This document shows positions 37,651-48,319 of a stretch of 64,000 nucleotides of DNA, in pieces; position 1 is the stretch's first letter; every line of letters begins with the position of its first letter. This stretch comes from Candidatus Bathyarchaeota archaeon (GTDB taxonomy: Archaea; Thermoproteota; Bathyarchaeia; Bathyarchaeales; Bathycorpusculaceae), in assembly GCA_963832745.1 (NCBI GenBank), contig CAWHVC010000005.1:352001-416000 (forward strand). Reading direction: 5' to 3'. Both the position numbers and the translations under genes were made by a program. Under the pieces are notes generated by a model that saw only the letters and a program-made list of their open reading frames with translations, was not told where the DNA came from and searched no databases.

Positions 37651-38619
37651 TTAAACACCAATAACGTAAAGCCTTAACGCCACAATCGGCACCACCAATA
37701 CGAGCCCAAAAAGGATCGCAGTCACTTCCATTATCCTAAGTGCCTTAAAAATGTCATCAGGTGCTATAGCCCCTTCATCACCCAACGCGTAGTGTCCGGG
37801 TTTTGCAAGCTGCGTTTCCAAGGCACCTGCCATTGCACTAATAGTGTAGCCTGCATTTGGAGATGCTGTATTGTTTTTGTCACGTTTCAGAATACGCCAA
37901 GATTCTTTAGCGTTTTCCCCCACAAGTCCAGCGGCAACTACCATTAACAGAGCGGTAAGCCGTGAAGGGATATAGTTGGCTGCAGTGTCCATTTTCGCGC
38001 TAAACCAGCCGATGTTGCGAAGTTCAGGCGTTTTGTAGGCCACCATAGAATCATGCGTGTTGATTACGCGGTAAATGAATGCGCCGGGGACGCCGAGGAA
38101 CGCAAAAAAGAAGAAGGGTCCAGTGATGCCGTCGGTTGTGCTTTCCGCTATTGACTCCACAGCGGCGGAGATTATTTGGCGTTCGTTTAGGCTGTTTGGG
38201 TCACGGCGGACAATGTAGGGTAGGTACTTGCGGGCGCCATCTAAATCGTTGGTTTTAAGCGCTTTGGCAATTGGCACAGTGTAACGCCGCATGCACTTGA
38301 TGGCAAACGTGGATTTGAACAGGATTGCCCCAACTATGATGTAGGGGATTGAACCTAAATAGAAACGGATAACCCATAAACCCAAGAAAACCGGCAATGC
38401 GGCAAGCAACGCAACTGTAACCAGAAGCAGTACGCCGTTTGCTTTCTCAATTTTAGGATTCTTATTCTTACAGTAGGGCTTAAGATAGGCTATGACTTTT
38501 CCTATGCCCACGGTTGGATGAATCTGGTCAGGAATCTCGCCTAAAACAATGTCGATTATGAAAGCTAGGGCAAAGATGAATACGCCGTCTGTAAGTAGGC
38601 TTAAGTCTAGCTGGAACAT
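37651..38619 (-). CDS. cbiB: adenosylcobinamide-phosphate synthase
   Basis: HPTVGIG, AAVESIAESTTDG, YRVINTHDSMVAY, SPNAG. Confidence 0.95.
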   Translation of the reverse strand: MFQLDLSLLTDGVFIFALAFIIDIVLGEIPDQIHPTVGIGKVIAYLKPYCKNKNPKIEKANGVLLLVTVALLAALPVFLGLWVIRFYLGSIPYIIVGAILFKSTFAIKCMRRYTVPIAKALKTNDLDGARKYLPYIVRRDPNSLNERQIISAAVESIAESTTDGITGPFFFFAFLGVPGAFIYRVINTHDSMVAYKTPELRNIGWFSAKMDTAANYIPSRLTALLMVVAAGLVGENAKESWRILKRDKNNTASPNAGYTISAMAGALETQLAKPGHYALGDEGAIAPDDIFKALRIMEVTAILFGLVLVVPIVALRLYVIGV

Positions 38620-38650
38620 AGGCTACTGCTTACCCAATTTGGCAGGGTTC

Positions 38651-39772
38651 TTAAATTACTTTACCCAAAGCTTCCAGCAAGTGCACGTTTTCGTTGTGGA
38701 GCTTAACTGCAATTCGAATGTAGTACTGGTCTAAACCTTGGAAGCTGGTGCAGTCACGAACCATAATGCCCTGCTCAAGCAGTTTCTGGGTCAACAACGC
38801 CGCCGTCAAACCTGTTTCCCGGATGTCTATAAAGAAAAAGTTTGCATCTGGCGCATACATTTTAAATCCGCGGATTCCGCTTAAGCCTTCTTGCAAAAAA
38901 GTTTTTTCCTGTCGAATTAGCTTGCGAGTTTTTTGCAGATGCTCATCATCGTTCAAGGCAACCACCGCAGCCGCTTGCGCAAGGCAGTTAACGTTCCAAG
39001 GAATCTTTGCGCACAGTAACACATCGATGATTTCTGGGTTTGCAATACCGTAGCCGACTCGTAAGCCGGTTAAGCCAAAGAGTTTAGTGAAGCTGCGCAG
39101 GATGAACAGGTTGGGGTATTTGCCGATGCTTCTTATCATGGAGAGTTGCGGCTCGCCTTCCACAAACTCCAAAAAGTCCTCGTCCAAGAAAACCAAAATG
39201 TTCTGTTCTAAGGCTGCATCAAGAATACGTATCAACTGCTCGGTAGGGGTCAACAGGCTAGTAGGGTTATTTGGATTGCAAACAAAAACCATTTTTGCGC
39301 CAGCCATGCCCACGATGAAGGCGTCAACGTCAAGCTTCATGTCGCTGCCCAATTTGACAAATTTGATATCTGCACCGGTTTTCCGTACAGCACCCTCATA
39401 CTCACCAAATGTTGGCGCCGCCATAACAGCGAAATCGCCCTTTGAGAGGAAAGACTCGGCGAACAAGTACATGAGTTCGGTTGAACCGTTGCCGACGACT
39501 ACGTTGTTTTTAGTTACGCCGTAATGCTTGGCGATAACTTCTCGCAGTTCTGTTGAGGCGGAGTCGGGGTAAGCAGCGATTTGACCAAAACCAGCCTGTA
39601 CTGCAGCAAGCGCCTTTTTAGATGTGCCAAGCGGGTTGACGCTGGAGCTAAAATCTAAAAGGTCCTCTTGTTTGATTCCGGTTTTAGATGCGGCGTCGTG
39701 GACTTCTCCTCCGTGAACGCATGGCTTTAGGTTTTTAATGTTATCCTTCACTAAGCTTCGAATTGGCTTCAT
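38651..39772 (-). CDS. cobD: L-threonine-O-3-phosphate decarboxylase
   Basis: HGGE, LDFSSSVNPLG, GNGSTE, CNPNNPT, RSFTKLFGLTGLRVGY, VRDCTSF; adjacent to cbiB. Confidence 0.88.
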   Translation of the reverse strand: MKPIRSLVKDNIKNLKPCVHGGEVHDAASKTGIKQEDLLDFSSSVNPLGTSKKALAAVQAGFGQIAAYPDSASTELREVIAKHYGVTKNNVVVGNGSTELMYLFAESFLSKGDFAVMAAPTFGEYEGAVRKTGADIKFVKLGSDMKLDVDAFIVGMAGAKMVFVCNPNNPTSLLTPTEQLIRILDAALEQNILVFLDEDFLEFVEGEPQLSMIRSIGKYPNLFILRSFTKLFGLTGLRVGYGIANPEIIDVLLCAKIPWNVNCLAQAAAVVALNDDEHLQKTRKLIRQEKTFLQEGLSGIRGFKMYAPDANFFFIDIRETGLTAALLTQKLLEQGIMVRDCTSFQGLDQYYIRIAVKLHNENVHLLEALGKVI

Positions 39773-39777
39773 AACTG

Positions 39778-41016
39778 TTACCCGCTGATTTTTTGTGGTT
39801 TACCCATGTAATTTAGGGCCATGGGCATTACGTCTTTGCCGTTGATACGGCTAAGTCCACCCTTATAGACTGAACGCTCACTATACACGGTTACTCCATC
39901 CGAAATCACTTCGCCGCCTGCAAAACAAACTGGCACAGCATCGCCAGTGTGCGCTCGACTTTTGCAAGAAGTGGCATGGTCAGGCACCAAAATCATGCAG
40001 GTTTCAGCTAAATCCACGCCAGCCAGAATTCTTCCGACCATTGCATCAATTTTTTGGATTATGGCGATTTTGCCTTTGATGTTACCGTCGTGGCTTGCCT
40101 CGTCAGCTGCTTCAACATGAACATAAACAAAATCACTTCCAGCCGCCAACGCCGAAAGTGCGGCATCAGCTTTTGCGAGGGTATCAGTATCAAGTTCGCC
40201 AGTTGCTCCGGGCACGTCTGGAACATTCATTCTGCTAAATTTGCCGATGCCCTTGATTAGGCTGGCTGCAGCGACACAGGTGGCTTTTAAGCCGTATTTT
40301 TCTTGGAACGGCGTCATTTCTGGCTGTTTGCTTCCGCTCCAGGGTAGAACAGCGTTTGCAGGTTTTTGCCCGTTGGATTTGCGTTTGATGTTGACTGGGT
40401 GACTGTTTAGAGTGTCATGTGTTAGTTTTATGAATTCGTTTAGGGCGTTGGCTGTGTGTTTTGCTTCAATGGAGCCGTCTAAGGGTCTTATTGCCGTGGT
40501 TGGGCAACCGGTTTTGGGTAGGGTGTATGTGACTTTAGGGGAGAGTTTATCGCCCCGCAGAACTAATGCAGCTTTGAAGCCTAAGGTCTGCTTAAAATGG
40601 ACTTCAACATCCGAGTTAACTTCAAGTTTAACTTGCGCGATGGCTTCCGCTAAAGTTTTAGCTTCAACACCGATCCTGCCAGCCCGTTCATCCACCAAAC
40701 ACAAACCCTCATCTACAGTGGCAAAGTTGCATCTAAACGCCAAATCACCCCGCTTAAGCTCCAGTCCTGCACCTGCTGCCTCAAAAGGTCCACGCCCCCC
40801 GCAGACAAGCCATGGGTCATAGCCTAAAAGTGTCAAGTTTGCTGCGTCACTACCGGGCGCAATTCCCGGAGCAATGGGGTCAAGCAGTCCTGAAGCACCT
40901 AATGATACGAGTTTATCCATGAACCGTGGGTTAGCGGCTTCCAGTGGAGTTTTAAAATCCAGTTCCTGCAGTGGTCGGTCAGCCATGCCGTCGCCGACAA
41001 TTAAGATGCAACGCAT
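39778..41016 (-). CDS. apgM: ApgM-family cofactor-independent phosphoglycerate mutase / phosphotransferase
   Basis: GDGMAD, TPLEAA, PGSDAANL, GRGPFEAAG, HVEAADEASHDG, PDHAT, HTGDAVP. Confidence 0.88.
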   Translation of the reverse strand: MRCILIVGDGMADRPLQELDFKTPLEAANPRFMDKLVSLGASGLLDPIAPGIAPGSDAANLTLLGYDPWLVCGGRGPFEAAGAGLELKRGDLAFRCNFATVDEGLCLVDERAGRIGVEAKTLAEAIAQVKLEVNSDVEVHFKQTLGFKAALVLRGDKLSPKVTYTLPKTGCPTTAIRPLDGSIEAKHTANALNEFIKLTHDTLNSHPVNIKRKSNGQKPANAVLPWSGSKQPEMTPFQEKYGLKATCVAAASLIKGIGKFSRMNVPDVPGATGELDTDTLAKADAALSALAAGSDFVYVHVEAADEASHDGNIKGKIAIIQKIDAMVGRILAGVDLAETCMILVPDHATSCKSRAHTGDAVPVCFAGGEVISDGVTVYSERSVYKGGLSRINGKDVMPMALNYMGKPQKISG

Positions 41017-41193
41017 AACGATATAGTCCCTCAAGGTGACAGTTTACGGTTTTCTGATTGTTCATTTGTCAAGTTTAACGTAGCCGATATAAAGTTTTAG
41101 TTGCACACGATAGTCACAAGCTGCTTGGTGAAAAAGGAAAAGCGACGGAACATTTTATTATTTTGAACCTTAAGCTAAACTACTGGTACTGCT

Positions 41194-41991
41194 ATGAAGG
41201 AACTTGTCTTTGTAGGCTTAGGATTAAACGACGAATACGGCATCACCCTAAAAGGGCTAGAAGAGACCAAGACGGCGGATGCAGTGTTTATGGAAACCTA
41301 CACCAGCCGCATGCCCGACTTTAACATGCAACATTTCGAAGAACTCTGCGGCAAAAAAATCCAAATCATCACACGCCAAACCTTAGAGGAAGAGAACGGC
41401 AAACGTCTTCTTCAAGCCGCAGAAACTGGAAAAGCCGTGTTTCTGGTTCCCGGAGACCCTTTCATCGCAACCACCCATGTCACGTTACGTATTGATGCGG
41501 AAAAAATGGGCATTCACACCCGAATCGTGCACGGCATCTCTATCATGTCAGCAATAGTTAGCCTCTCGGGCTTGCACAATTACAAGTTCGGCAAAACCGT
41601 TACTGTTCCGTTCCCAGACACACCAGCAGACACACCCTACAAGGTAATAGCTCAAAACAAAAAGCTCGGTTTGCATACTCTATGCCTTTTGGATTTGAGG
41701 GAGCCTGAGAAGCGTTATTTGTCGATTAATCAGGCAATCAAAACTTTACAGTCGGTAGAAGAGAAAAAACAGGAAAAAGTAATAACATCAGACACAGTGG
41801 CTGTTGGAGTTGCACGTGCAGGCAGCAACCAGCCAACTCTCAAAGCAGGGTTTGTAAAGGACTTGGCAGATTTTGATTTCGGCGAGCCACCTTACAGCTT
41901 GATTTTTCCAGGCGATTTGCATTTCATGGAGGTTGACGCGCTCGTGGCTTTTGCGGGTGCACCAGTGGAGTTTAAGAGGTTGTTTAGATGA
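41194..41991 (+). CDS. dph5: diphthine synthase
   Basis: FVGLGL, ETYTS, PGDPFIATTH, GLHNYKFGKTVT, HTLCLLD. Confidence 0.97.
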   Translation: MKELVFVGLGLNDEYGITLKGLEETKTADAVFMETYTSRMPDFNMQHFEELCGKKIQIITRQTLEEENGKRLLQAAETGKAVFLVPGDPFIATTHVTLRIDAEKMGIHTRIVHGISIMSAIVSLSGLHNYKFGKTVTVPFPDTPADTPYKVIAQNKKLGLHTLCLLDLREPEKRYLSINQAIKTLQSVEEKKQEKVITSDTVAVGVARAGSNQPTLKAGFVKDLADFDFGEPPYSLIFPGDLHFMEVDALVAFAGAPVEFKRLFR

Positions 41992-42272
41992 GCCTTGAAA
42001 CCTTAACAGCCAAATACATTGCTTCAGCAGAAATTGTGCTTAACACTATGCAGCGTAACCCAACCCCAGTTAATGTTACCGAAGAAGGCGTCAGCAACCT
42101 GATAAGTTACGTCTACGATTATTTGGAGGATGCAAAGTATTATAAGGCAAGCGGTAAGCTTGAAACAAGTCTAACCTCGGTCGCGTACTGTGAAGGGTTA
42201 CTTGACGCCTTAAAACTGTTGGGAGCAGTGACGTTTGAATGGCCAACCAAGAAAACGGAAACAGAAAAGTAG
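41988..42272 (+). CDS. DUF357 family protein
   Basis: YLEDAKYY..G..SLTSVAYCEGLLDA; usual dph5 neighbour. Confidence 0.88.
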   Translation: MSLETLTAKYIASAEIVLNTMQRNPTPVNVTEEGVSNLISYVYDYLEDAKYYKASGKLETSLTSVAYCEGLLDALKLLGAVTFEWPTKKTETEK

Positions 42273-42703
42273 TCTTAGCAAGTGGCGTATTTGACCTGCT
42301 TCATCTGGGGCACGTCAAGTTCCTTGAAGAAGCTAAACGTGCAGGTGGAGAAAATGCTGAACTCATCGTTGTCATCGCCCGAGACAGCACAGTTGAGCAG
42401 GCTAAAGGCAGAAAACCCATAATGCCCGAGGACCAACGACGAGCTCTCGTCGAATCTCTAAAAGTTGTTGACATTGCAGTTTTAGGTTTTGAAAACTTGG
42501 ACATAGGCGAAGTAGTTGCGAAGATAAAGCCTGACATTATCGCTTTAGGTTATGACCAAGAAAAAATGGCTCAAAACGTTGAAGCTTACCTTAAAACTCA
42601 CAATTTGCCTGTAAAGATTGTTAGAATTGGCAAATTCGGAGAGGATGCTTTAGATAGTTCCTCGAAGATTAGACAGAAAATAGTTGAGAAGTTTTCAAGA
42701 TGA
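42239..42703 (+). CDS. ribL: archaeal FAD synthase
   Basis: GVFDLLHLGH, VVIARD, PDIIALGYDQ, SSSKI. Confidence 0.88.
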   Translation: MANQENGNRKVVLASGVFDLLHLGHVKFLEEAKRAGGENAELIVVIARDSTVEQAKGRKPIMPEDQRRALVESLKVVDIAVLGFENLDIGEVVAKIKPDIIALGYDQEKMAQNVEAYLKTHNLPVKIVRIGKFGEDALDSSSKIRQKIVEKFSR

Positions 42704-43326
42704 TAGTTAAAATCCCCAAAAGCTCACAGAAATTCAGAGTAACGTACGTGTTGATTGCGATAAACATTGCAATCTATATTTACGGTGCTATTGTCGGCGG
42801 GGATGCACTAGTCACGGGCTACAATGTTGTTTACCAGTGGGGACAGTATAACCTGCTGGTTTTGTCCTACGGTGCCTACTATCAATTGTTCACTTCAATG
42901 TTTATTCATGCGTCCATAGTCCACTTAGCGGGCAACATGCTGTTCTTGTTAATTTTTGGTTTAAGAGCAGAAGAAATGTTTTCGCTGCCTGAATACTTGG
43001 GGATCTACTTAATAGGCGGCTTAGTCGGCAATATGCTCTCGTTAGTTTTTGGACCAGACTTTCTTTCAGTAGGCGCTTCAGGAGCAATATTTGCGTTATT
43101 TGGAGCCACAGTAATTTACGACAGAAAAGCAATGCAGCAATCAATCGTTGGCGCACTCATATTTGCATTCTTTCTGTTCTTCATAAACATGGGTGAAGGC
43201 GTTAACATTTTGGCGCATCTTGGCGGATTAGCCTTCGGACTAGTTGTAGGCTACATTATTGCGTCTAGACGTAAACCTGAAAAACAAGCTCAGTACACAA
43301 TTAATTACTCGTATCAACCGATTTAG
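42700..43326 (+). CDS. rhomboid intramembrane serine protease
   Basis: HLAGNM, GASGAIF, AHLGG. Confidence 0.95.
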   Translation: MIVKIPKSSQKFRVTYVLIAINIAIYIYGAIVGGDALVTGYNVVYQWGQYNLLVLSYGAYYQLFTSMFIHASIVHLAGNMLFLLIFGLRAEEMFSLPEYLGIYLIGGLVGNMLSLVFGPDFLSVGASGAIFALFGATVIYDRKAMQQSIVGALIFAFFLFFINMGEGVNILAHLGGLAFGLVVGYIIASRRKPEKQAQYTINYSYQPI

Positions 43327-44020
43327 AGGGAGAAGTAAAAACTTCAACCTTCACTTTATGCCCATCCTTAAGGTTTAACTGTTTACGCAAGCAAACAGGT
43401 GCAATGATTTCCAGCACTGAAACATCATAGTGGCTACGTGTAGCAGTTACCAAGGCACCCTTTACCTTGTTGTCAATGATTGCGGGGTAACATTTAACCA
43501 GTCCAAAGCTGCGGTCAGTGTTTTTGAATCCTTCAACTTGAATAGCTGGGTAAGCGTCAAGTTCCATGCGTGTTTTGATGTCATAATCACTGTTAAGTTT
43601 AAGGTTCAATGTGCCAAGGTATGGTTCAAAACCAAGTTTTTCTGTTAACTGCTTACGATAATTTTCCTTTGAAATGTAATATGCACCCTCGCCAAGCCCT
43701 GTAAAAACGGTACCTTCAAGGGTAACTGAAGGCGGAAAATCGGTTTCAATAACAACCTTAAGACTAGAATAAAGCCGCAGGAGTTCACGTACACCTGGTT
43801 CGTCAATTTTTATTAGGCTGCCTTCGGGGGTTATGTTGCGTTTAATCCAGCCTTTGCGTTCAAGCTCAATAAAGTAGCGGGAAGCCGTCTGTTGAGAAAT
43901 GCCAAGCTTTTCAGCTAAGAATTCGGTGGAGATTTTGGCGATTCGACGGTAAGCACCCATCTCTGCCAGTTTCAAAAGCATGTAAACGTGTTGCCATTCC
44001 TGCTTTTCAGTCAATGACAT
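43301..44020 (-). CDS. ribK: HTH-fused CTP-dependent riboflavin kinase / regulator (RbkR)
   Basis: N-terminal HTH LGISQQTASR; GLGEGAYY, PYLGTLN, LEIIAP..LR. Confidence 0.94.
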   Translation of the reverse strand: MSLTEKQEWQHVYMLLKLAEMGAYRRIAKISTEFLAEKLGISQQTASRYFIELERKGWIKRNITPEGSLIKIDEPGVRELLRLYSSLKVVIETDFPPSVTLEGTVFTGLGEGAYYISKENYRKQLTEKLGFEPYLGTLNLKLNSDYDIKTRMELDAYPAIQVEGFKNTDRSFGLVKCYPAIIDNKVKGALVTATRSHYDVSVLEIIAPVCLRKQLNLKDGHKVKVEVFTSPSKSVDTSN

Positions 44021-44175
44021 TGCCCCAATTCAGGGTACATTAAGAAGGCTAATTATTATTTAAGCCCTCTTAAATAAAAAGGGCAAAACACCAGCTAACA
44101 ACCAAGTTTTAGTAAAAAACGTTTTATCACAGTACAAAACAAACAAACCCAAAGGATACACGGTGAAAAGACACG

Positions 44176-44979
44176 GTGCAACAAAACGTTTTTGACACTA
44201 TGGGCAAATATTGGCAGGAAATCGCCGACAAAGGACCCACGCAAAAGCAAATCCAATTCATCAAAGACAACGTTTCTCCTGAGGGTTGGGTTTTGGATTT
44301 AGCTTGCGGAACAGGCAGACACACCATTCCCCTGATGAAAGAAGGCTTTAGCGTAGTCGGTTTAGATATTTCGTCAAAGCTGCTTAAAATCGCCAAACAA
44401 CACCAGTCTCAAGCACAACTGGTAAAAGCAGACATTCAGCACCTACCCTTTAAAGAGAAAACGTTTTCTGCAGTCTTAAGTTTGGACAACAGTTTCGGTT
44501 ACCTTCCATCCGAAAAGGCTGACTTGGAAAGCCTAAAAGAAACCGGCCAAATCCTCCGCCAAAGTGGTTTGTTTGTGTTAGATGTTTTTAACCGTGAACA
44601 ACTTGTTCTAAAATATGGCAAGTTTCTGGTAAACCTCCAGTGGCTCATTTTGCCACCCCTAATAAAGTATCCAAACCGTCTTTCCCAAAGCCTACTATGG
44701 ATAATTTACAAGTGGAAAAACTATCCCAGCTTCTTTTTGCTTCAAAAAAGAACCGTGAACGTTGAGGCAGAACAACTTTGCGATTTGTGGATAACAATTG
44801 ATAAGGCAGACAGAAAAATGCACATGTTTAGGCATTATGCACGATTGTATAAGTTGGGGCGCTTGAAAGAGTTGCTGTTTAAGGCAGGTTTTGTGGTTGA
44901 ACGGGTTTGCGGAGGCTATGAAGGGCAAGATTTCAGTGTAAAATCGCTCAGGCTGATTTTTTTGGCAGATGTAACTTAG
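44176..44979 (+). CDS. class I SAM-dependent methyltransferase
   Basis: VLDLACGTGRH, GLDIS, NSFGY. Confidence 0.9.
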   Translation: MQQNVFDTMGKYWQEIADKGPTQKQIQFIKDNVSPEGWVLDLACGTGRHTIPLMKEGFSVVGLDISSKLLKIAKQHQSQAQLVKADIQHLPFKEKTFSAVLSLDNSFGYLPSEKADLESLKETGQILRQSGLFVLDVFNREQLVLKYGKFLVNLQWLILPPLIKYPNRLSQSLLWIIYKWKNYPSFFLLQKRTVNVEAEQLCDLWITIDKADRKMHMFRHYARLYKLGRLKELLFKAGFVVERVCGGYEGQDFSVKSLRLIFLADVT

Positions 44980-45080
44980 CATGTTCTGGTGCATCAATTT
45001 CGGGCGCGAAATAATTCGGTAACCGCATAAAAGTTATAAGCGCGCAGTGAAAGACTTTGAAGAGTAGTTAGTGACCGTTA

Positions 45081-46091
45081 ATGAACGCTTGGAAACTCCG
45101 TTTTTCAATGGTTGGAACCTTAGCGGTAATCTTTGGTTTATCAACCCTCGTATTTACAGCTGTTTTAACACTTGCCGGAATCGGATTAAGTTTAATGACT
45201 ATCGGCATACTCGTCGTTGTCTTTAACATTGCCCAATGGCTATTCTCGCCTTACCTTGTCGGCGCAATCTATAAAGCAAAAGAAATGCCAGCTAACGAAA
45301 ACCCTGAACTGCACCAGATGATTCAAGAGTTAAGCCTTAAAAGCAAAATCCAGCCGCCCAAACTAATGCTTGCACAAATCCCAATGCCAAACGCTTTTGC
45401 CTACGGTTCACCATTAACAGGCAGCCGCGTGGCAGTTACCCAAGGCTTACTAAAGTCACTTGACAAAGGCGAAGTTGAAGCAGTCATTGGACATGAATTA
45501 GGCCATTTAAAACATCGAGACGTCCAAGTAATGATGACCGTTTCATTTCTGCCGTCATTATTCTATTTCATCGGTTACTCCTTAATGCTTTCCGGCATGT
45601 TTGGAGGCAGAGACAGCCGCAGCAACGACGGTAGCAGCGCCATAATCGGCATAGCATTCATGGCTTTCTCATGGATACTAAACATGTTCACCTTATACCT
45701 AAGCCGCCTGCGAGAGTACTATGCAGACAGACATAGCGTATCCATCGTTGAAAACGGCGCCGAGAAACTTTCAACCGGTTTAGTTACAATCGTTAACGAA
45801 AGCAAAAATCAAAACCAGTACAGGCGAGCTAACAGCAGAAGAAGAGATGAACAAAAAACCAATACTTCCTTTAAGGCTCTATTCATCAGTGACCCTGACC
45901 GTGCAGAGGCAGACGCAGAAGAACTCCACGCAAACGGCTATGCAGATAAAAAAGCGTTACTAAAAGAAACCTTATCTAAAGATTTGACAGGCGCAGACAA
46001 ATTCGCTGAAATCTTCTCAACACACCCCAACATCATAAAACGGCTTCGGGCGTTACAAGAACAAGCCCAAGTCCAAACTATTCAAGCTTAA
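45081..46091 (+). CDS. htpX: zinc metalloprotease HtpX
   Basis: PNAFAYG, HELGH, SRLREYYAD, STHP. Confidence 0.95.
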   Translation: MNAWKLRFSMVGTLAVIFGLSTLVFTAVLTLAGIGLSLMTIGILVVVFNIAQWLFSPYLVGAIYKAKEMPANENPELHQMIQELSLKSKIQPPKLMLAQIPMPNAFAYGSPLTGSRVAVTQGLLKSLDKGEVEAVIGHELGHLKHRDVQVMMTVSFLPSLFYFIGYSLMLSGMFGGRDSRSNDGSSAIIGIAFMAFSWILNMFTLYLSRLREYYADRHSVSIVENGAEKLSTGLVTIVNESKNQNQYRRANSRRRDEQKTNTSFKALFISDPDRAEADAEELHANGYADKKALLKETLSKDLTGADKFAEIFSTHPNIIKRLRALQEQAQVQTIQA

Positions 46092-46161
46092 TTTTTCTTT
46101 TTTGTGTATGGCAAACTGTTATAGCTTAGCCGCTGATTCTTTTTTTGTTGAAGGCACAGTT

Positions 46162-47388
46162 ATGGATAAAACGGCAGTTTTCGGTCAAATTGATAATTTG
46201 AAACAGGAAATGGCGCAAGCTTTAGTGGCGCTTATCAGCATTCCCGCCGTTGCTCCCGAGAATGGTGGAGATGGGGAATACCAAAAAGCTCAACGGCTAA
46301 TTCAATTGTTGAACGAGGCAGGCTTTGACAAAATCGAATGCTACAACGCAGTTGACAGACGGGTTTCCAGCGGCAAACGCCCAAACGTCATCGCCTACCT
46401 CAAAGGCTCCTCAGACGAGAAGCGTCTATGGATAATAACTCACATGGACGTGGTTCCACCCGGAGAAGAGGCGGCGTGGACAGATACACAGCCGTTCAAG
46501 CCAGCTTTGATTGGTGACCGTATTGTTGGTAGAGGCAGCGAAGACAATGGACAATCACTGGTCGCCTCAATTTACGCACTAAAGGCACTTAAACAGCTAG
46601 GCATCAAACCCAAATTCACCGTTGGCCTCGCGTTTGTAGCTGACGAGGAGCAGGGCAGCGAATACGGAATTCAGTATCTTCTCGGCCAAAACATTTTCAA
46701 GCCAAACGATCTTATCGTTGTTCCAGACAGCGGCAACGAACAGGGCAGCTTTATTGAGGTGGCAGAAAAAAGCATCCTGTGGCTAAAAATACGTACCTTA
46801 GGCAAACAAACTCATGGCAGTCGCCCAAACGATGGTTTAAACGCTCATAGAATCGGCATGGAAGTCGCCTTGGCATTGGATAAGATGCTGCATGAGAAGC
46901 ACCCAGACAAGGATGAGTTGTTTGATGTTCCAGTAAGCACTTTTGAGCCAACCAAAAAAGACCGCAACGTTGACGCTGTTAACGTGATTCCCGGCGAAGA
47001 CACATGTTATTTTGACTGCCGCATTTTGCCAAGATACAGCCTTGACGAGATATTAGCTGATATTGAAGGGTTGCTCAGTTATTACATGGAGAAAACTGGC
47101 GCCAAAATCATGCTGGAACTGCTGCAAAAACAGACGTCGCCCTTACTTGAAACGGATAACGCGGAAGTTGTGTTGCGGCTTAAAGCAGCTATTAAGGAGG
47201 CGCGGGGCATTGACGCGTCGGTTGGCGGTATCGGCGGCGGTAGTTGTGCAGCGTTTTTCCGTAAACAGGGAATCCCAGCAGTGGTATGGAGCACAATTTT
47301 GGAGCTTGCACATCAACCTAACGAGTACGCAAACGTTTCCAACATGGTTGCTGACGCGAAAGTTTTTGCACTCTTAGCCATGACCTAA
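46162..47388 (+). CDS. M20/DapE/ArgE family metallohydrolase
   Basis: HMDVVP, GRGSEDNG, ADEE, HGS, AHQPNEY. Confidence 0.92.
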   Translation: MDKTAVFGQIDNLKQEMAQALVALISIPAVAPENGGDGEYQKAQRLIQLLNEAGFDKIECYNAVDRRVSSGKRPNVIAYLKGSSDEKRLWIITHMDVVPPGEEAAWTDTQPFKPALIGDRIVGRGSEDNGQSLVASIYALKALKQLGIKPKFTVGLAFVADEEQGSEYGIQYLLGQNIFKPNDLIVVPDSGNEQGSFIEVAEKSILWLKIRTLGKQTHGSRPNDGLNAHRIGMEVALALDKMLHEKHPDKDELFDVPVSTFEPTKKDRNVDAVNVIPGEDTCYFDCRILPRYSLDEILADIEGLLSYYMEKTGAKIMLELLQKQTSPLLETDNAEVVLRLKAAIKEARGIDASVGGIGGGSCAAFFRKQGIPAVVWSTILELAHQPNEYANVSNMVADAKVFALLAMT

Positions 47389-47463
47389 CCGCGTATTGCA
47401 ATCAAAAGAATTTTAAAGGGAACCTGCATGTCATTCCTTGCAAACTAATGGAGACGTTAAAAC

Positions 47464-48159
47464 GTGAATAAGACTGATAAAATAATCGCTCAAGCCCGCA
47501 GTGAAAACCGTAAAGCACTCCTTGAGTCTGAAGCTAAAACTATAGTTAAGGAATACGGCATCACCGTTCCACAGTTCCAATTAGCAACAAACGAGAAGGA
47601 AGCAGCAAAAATAGCCACTGAAATCGGCTTCCCAGTTGTTGCAAAAATTGTTTCTCCGGAAATCATCCACAAATCCGACGCTGGAGGAGTCAAAGTTGGC
47701 CTCAAAACCGCTGCGGATGTTGAAGCAGCCTACAAAACAATTATTGAAAACGCCAAAAAATACAATTCTAAAGCAAACATTCTTGGTGTTCTTGTTATGG
47801 AAATGGCTCCAGCAGGAACAGAAGTTATTGTTGGCGCAATCAAAGACCCACAGTTCGGCGCTACACTTATGTTCGGCTTGGGCGGCATCTTTGTTGAAGT
47901 ACTAAAAGACGTCACCTTTAAAATTGCACCAGTCTCTATGGATGAAGCAAAAGAAATGATTACTGGTCTTAAGGCTTCTGCATTGTTGAAGGGTTACCGT
48001 AACACTCCAGCAGCAGATATTGATGCTCTTGCACAAATTATTGTTAGCGTATCTAAGCTTCTTACTGATTATCCAGAAATTAAAGAGCTTGACTTAAACC
48101 CAGTCATGGCATACGCTAAAGGCGCAAGCACAGTCGACGCAAGAATTATTCTTGAATAA
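47464..48159 (+). CDS. acdB: ADP-forming acetyl-CoA synthetase beta subunit (ATP-grasp)
   Basis: KIVSPEIIHKSDAGGV, DPQFG..MFGLGGIFVEVLKD, ELDLNP. Confidence 0.92.
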   Translation: MNKTDKIIAQARSENRKALLESEAKTIVKEYGITVPQFQLATNEKEAAKIATEIGFPVVAKIVSPEIIHKSDAGGVKVGLKTAADVEAAYKTIIENAKKYNSKANILGVLVMEMAPAGTEVIVGAIKDPQFGATLMFGLGGIFVEVLKDVTFKIAPVSMDEAKEMITGLKASALLKGYRNTPAADIDALAQIIVSVSKLLTDYPEIKELDLNPVMAYAKGASTVDARIILE

Positions 48160-48319
48160 ACGCCTTAATTCTTTCTTTTTCGTTTTTCTTTTTTGTTTTC
48201 GATTTTCTTTCTATTTTTTGGCGTTGCAAAAACAGGTATAGAATATAGGGTTCTATAGAAAATAAAATGACAATCCTTAAAAGCAAAAAGGTTCCCTTAG
48301 TCATGTAAAAGGAATCCAC

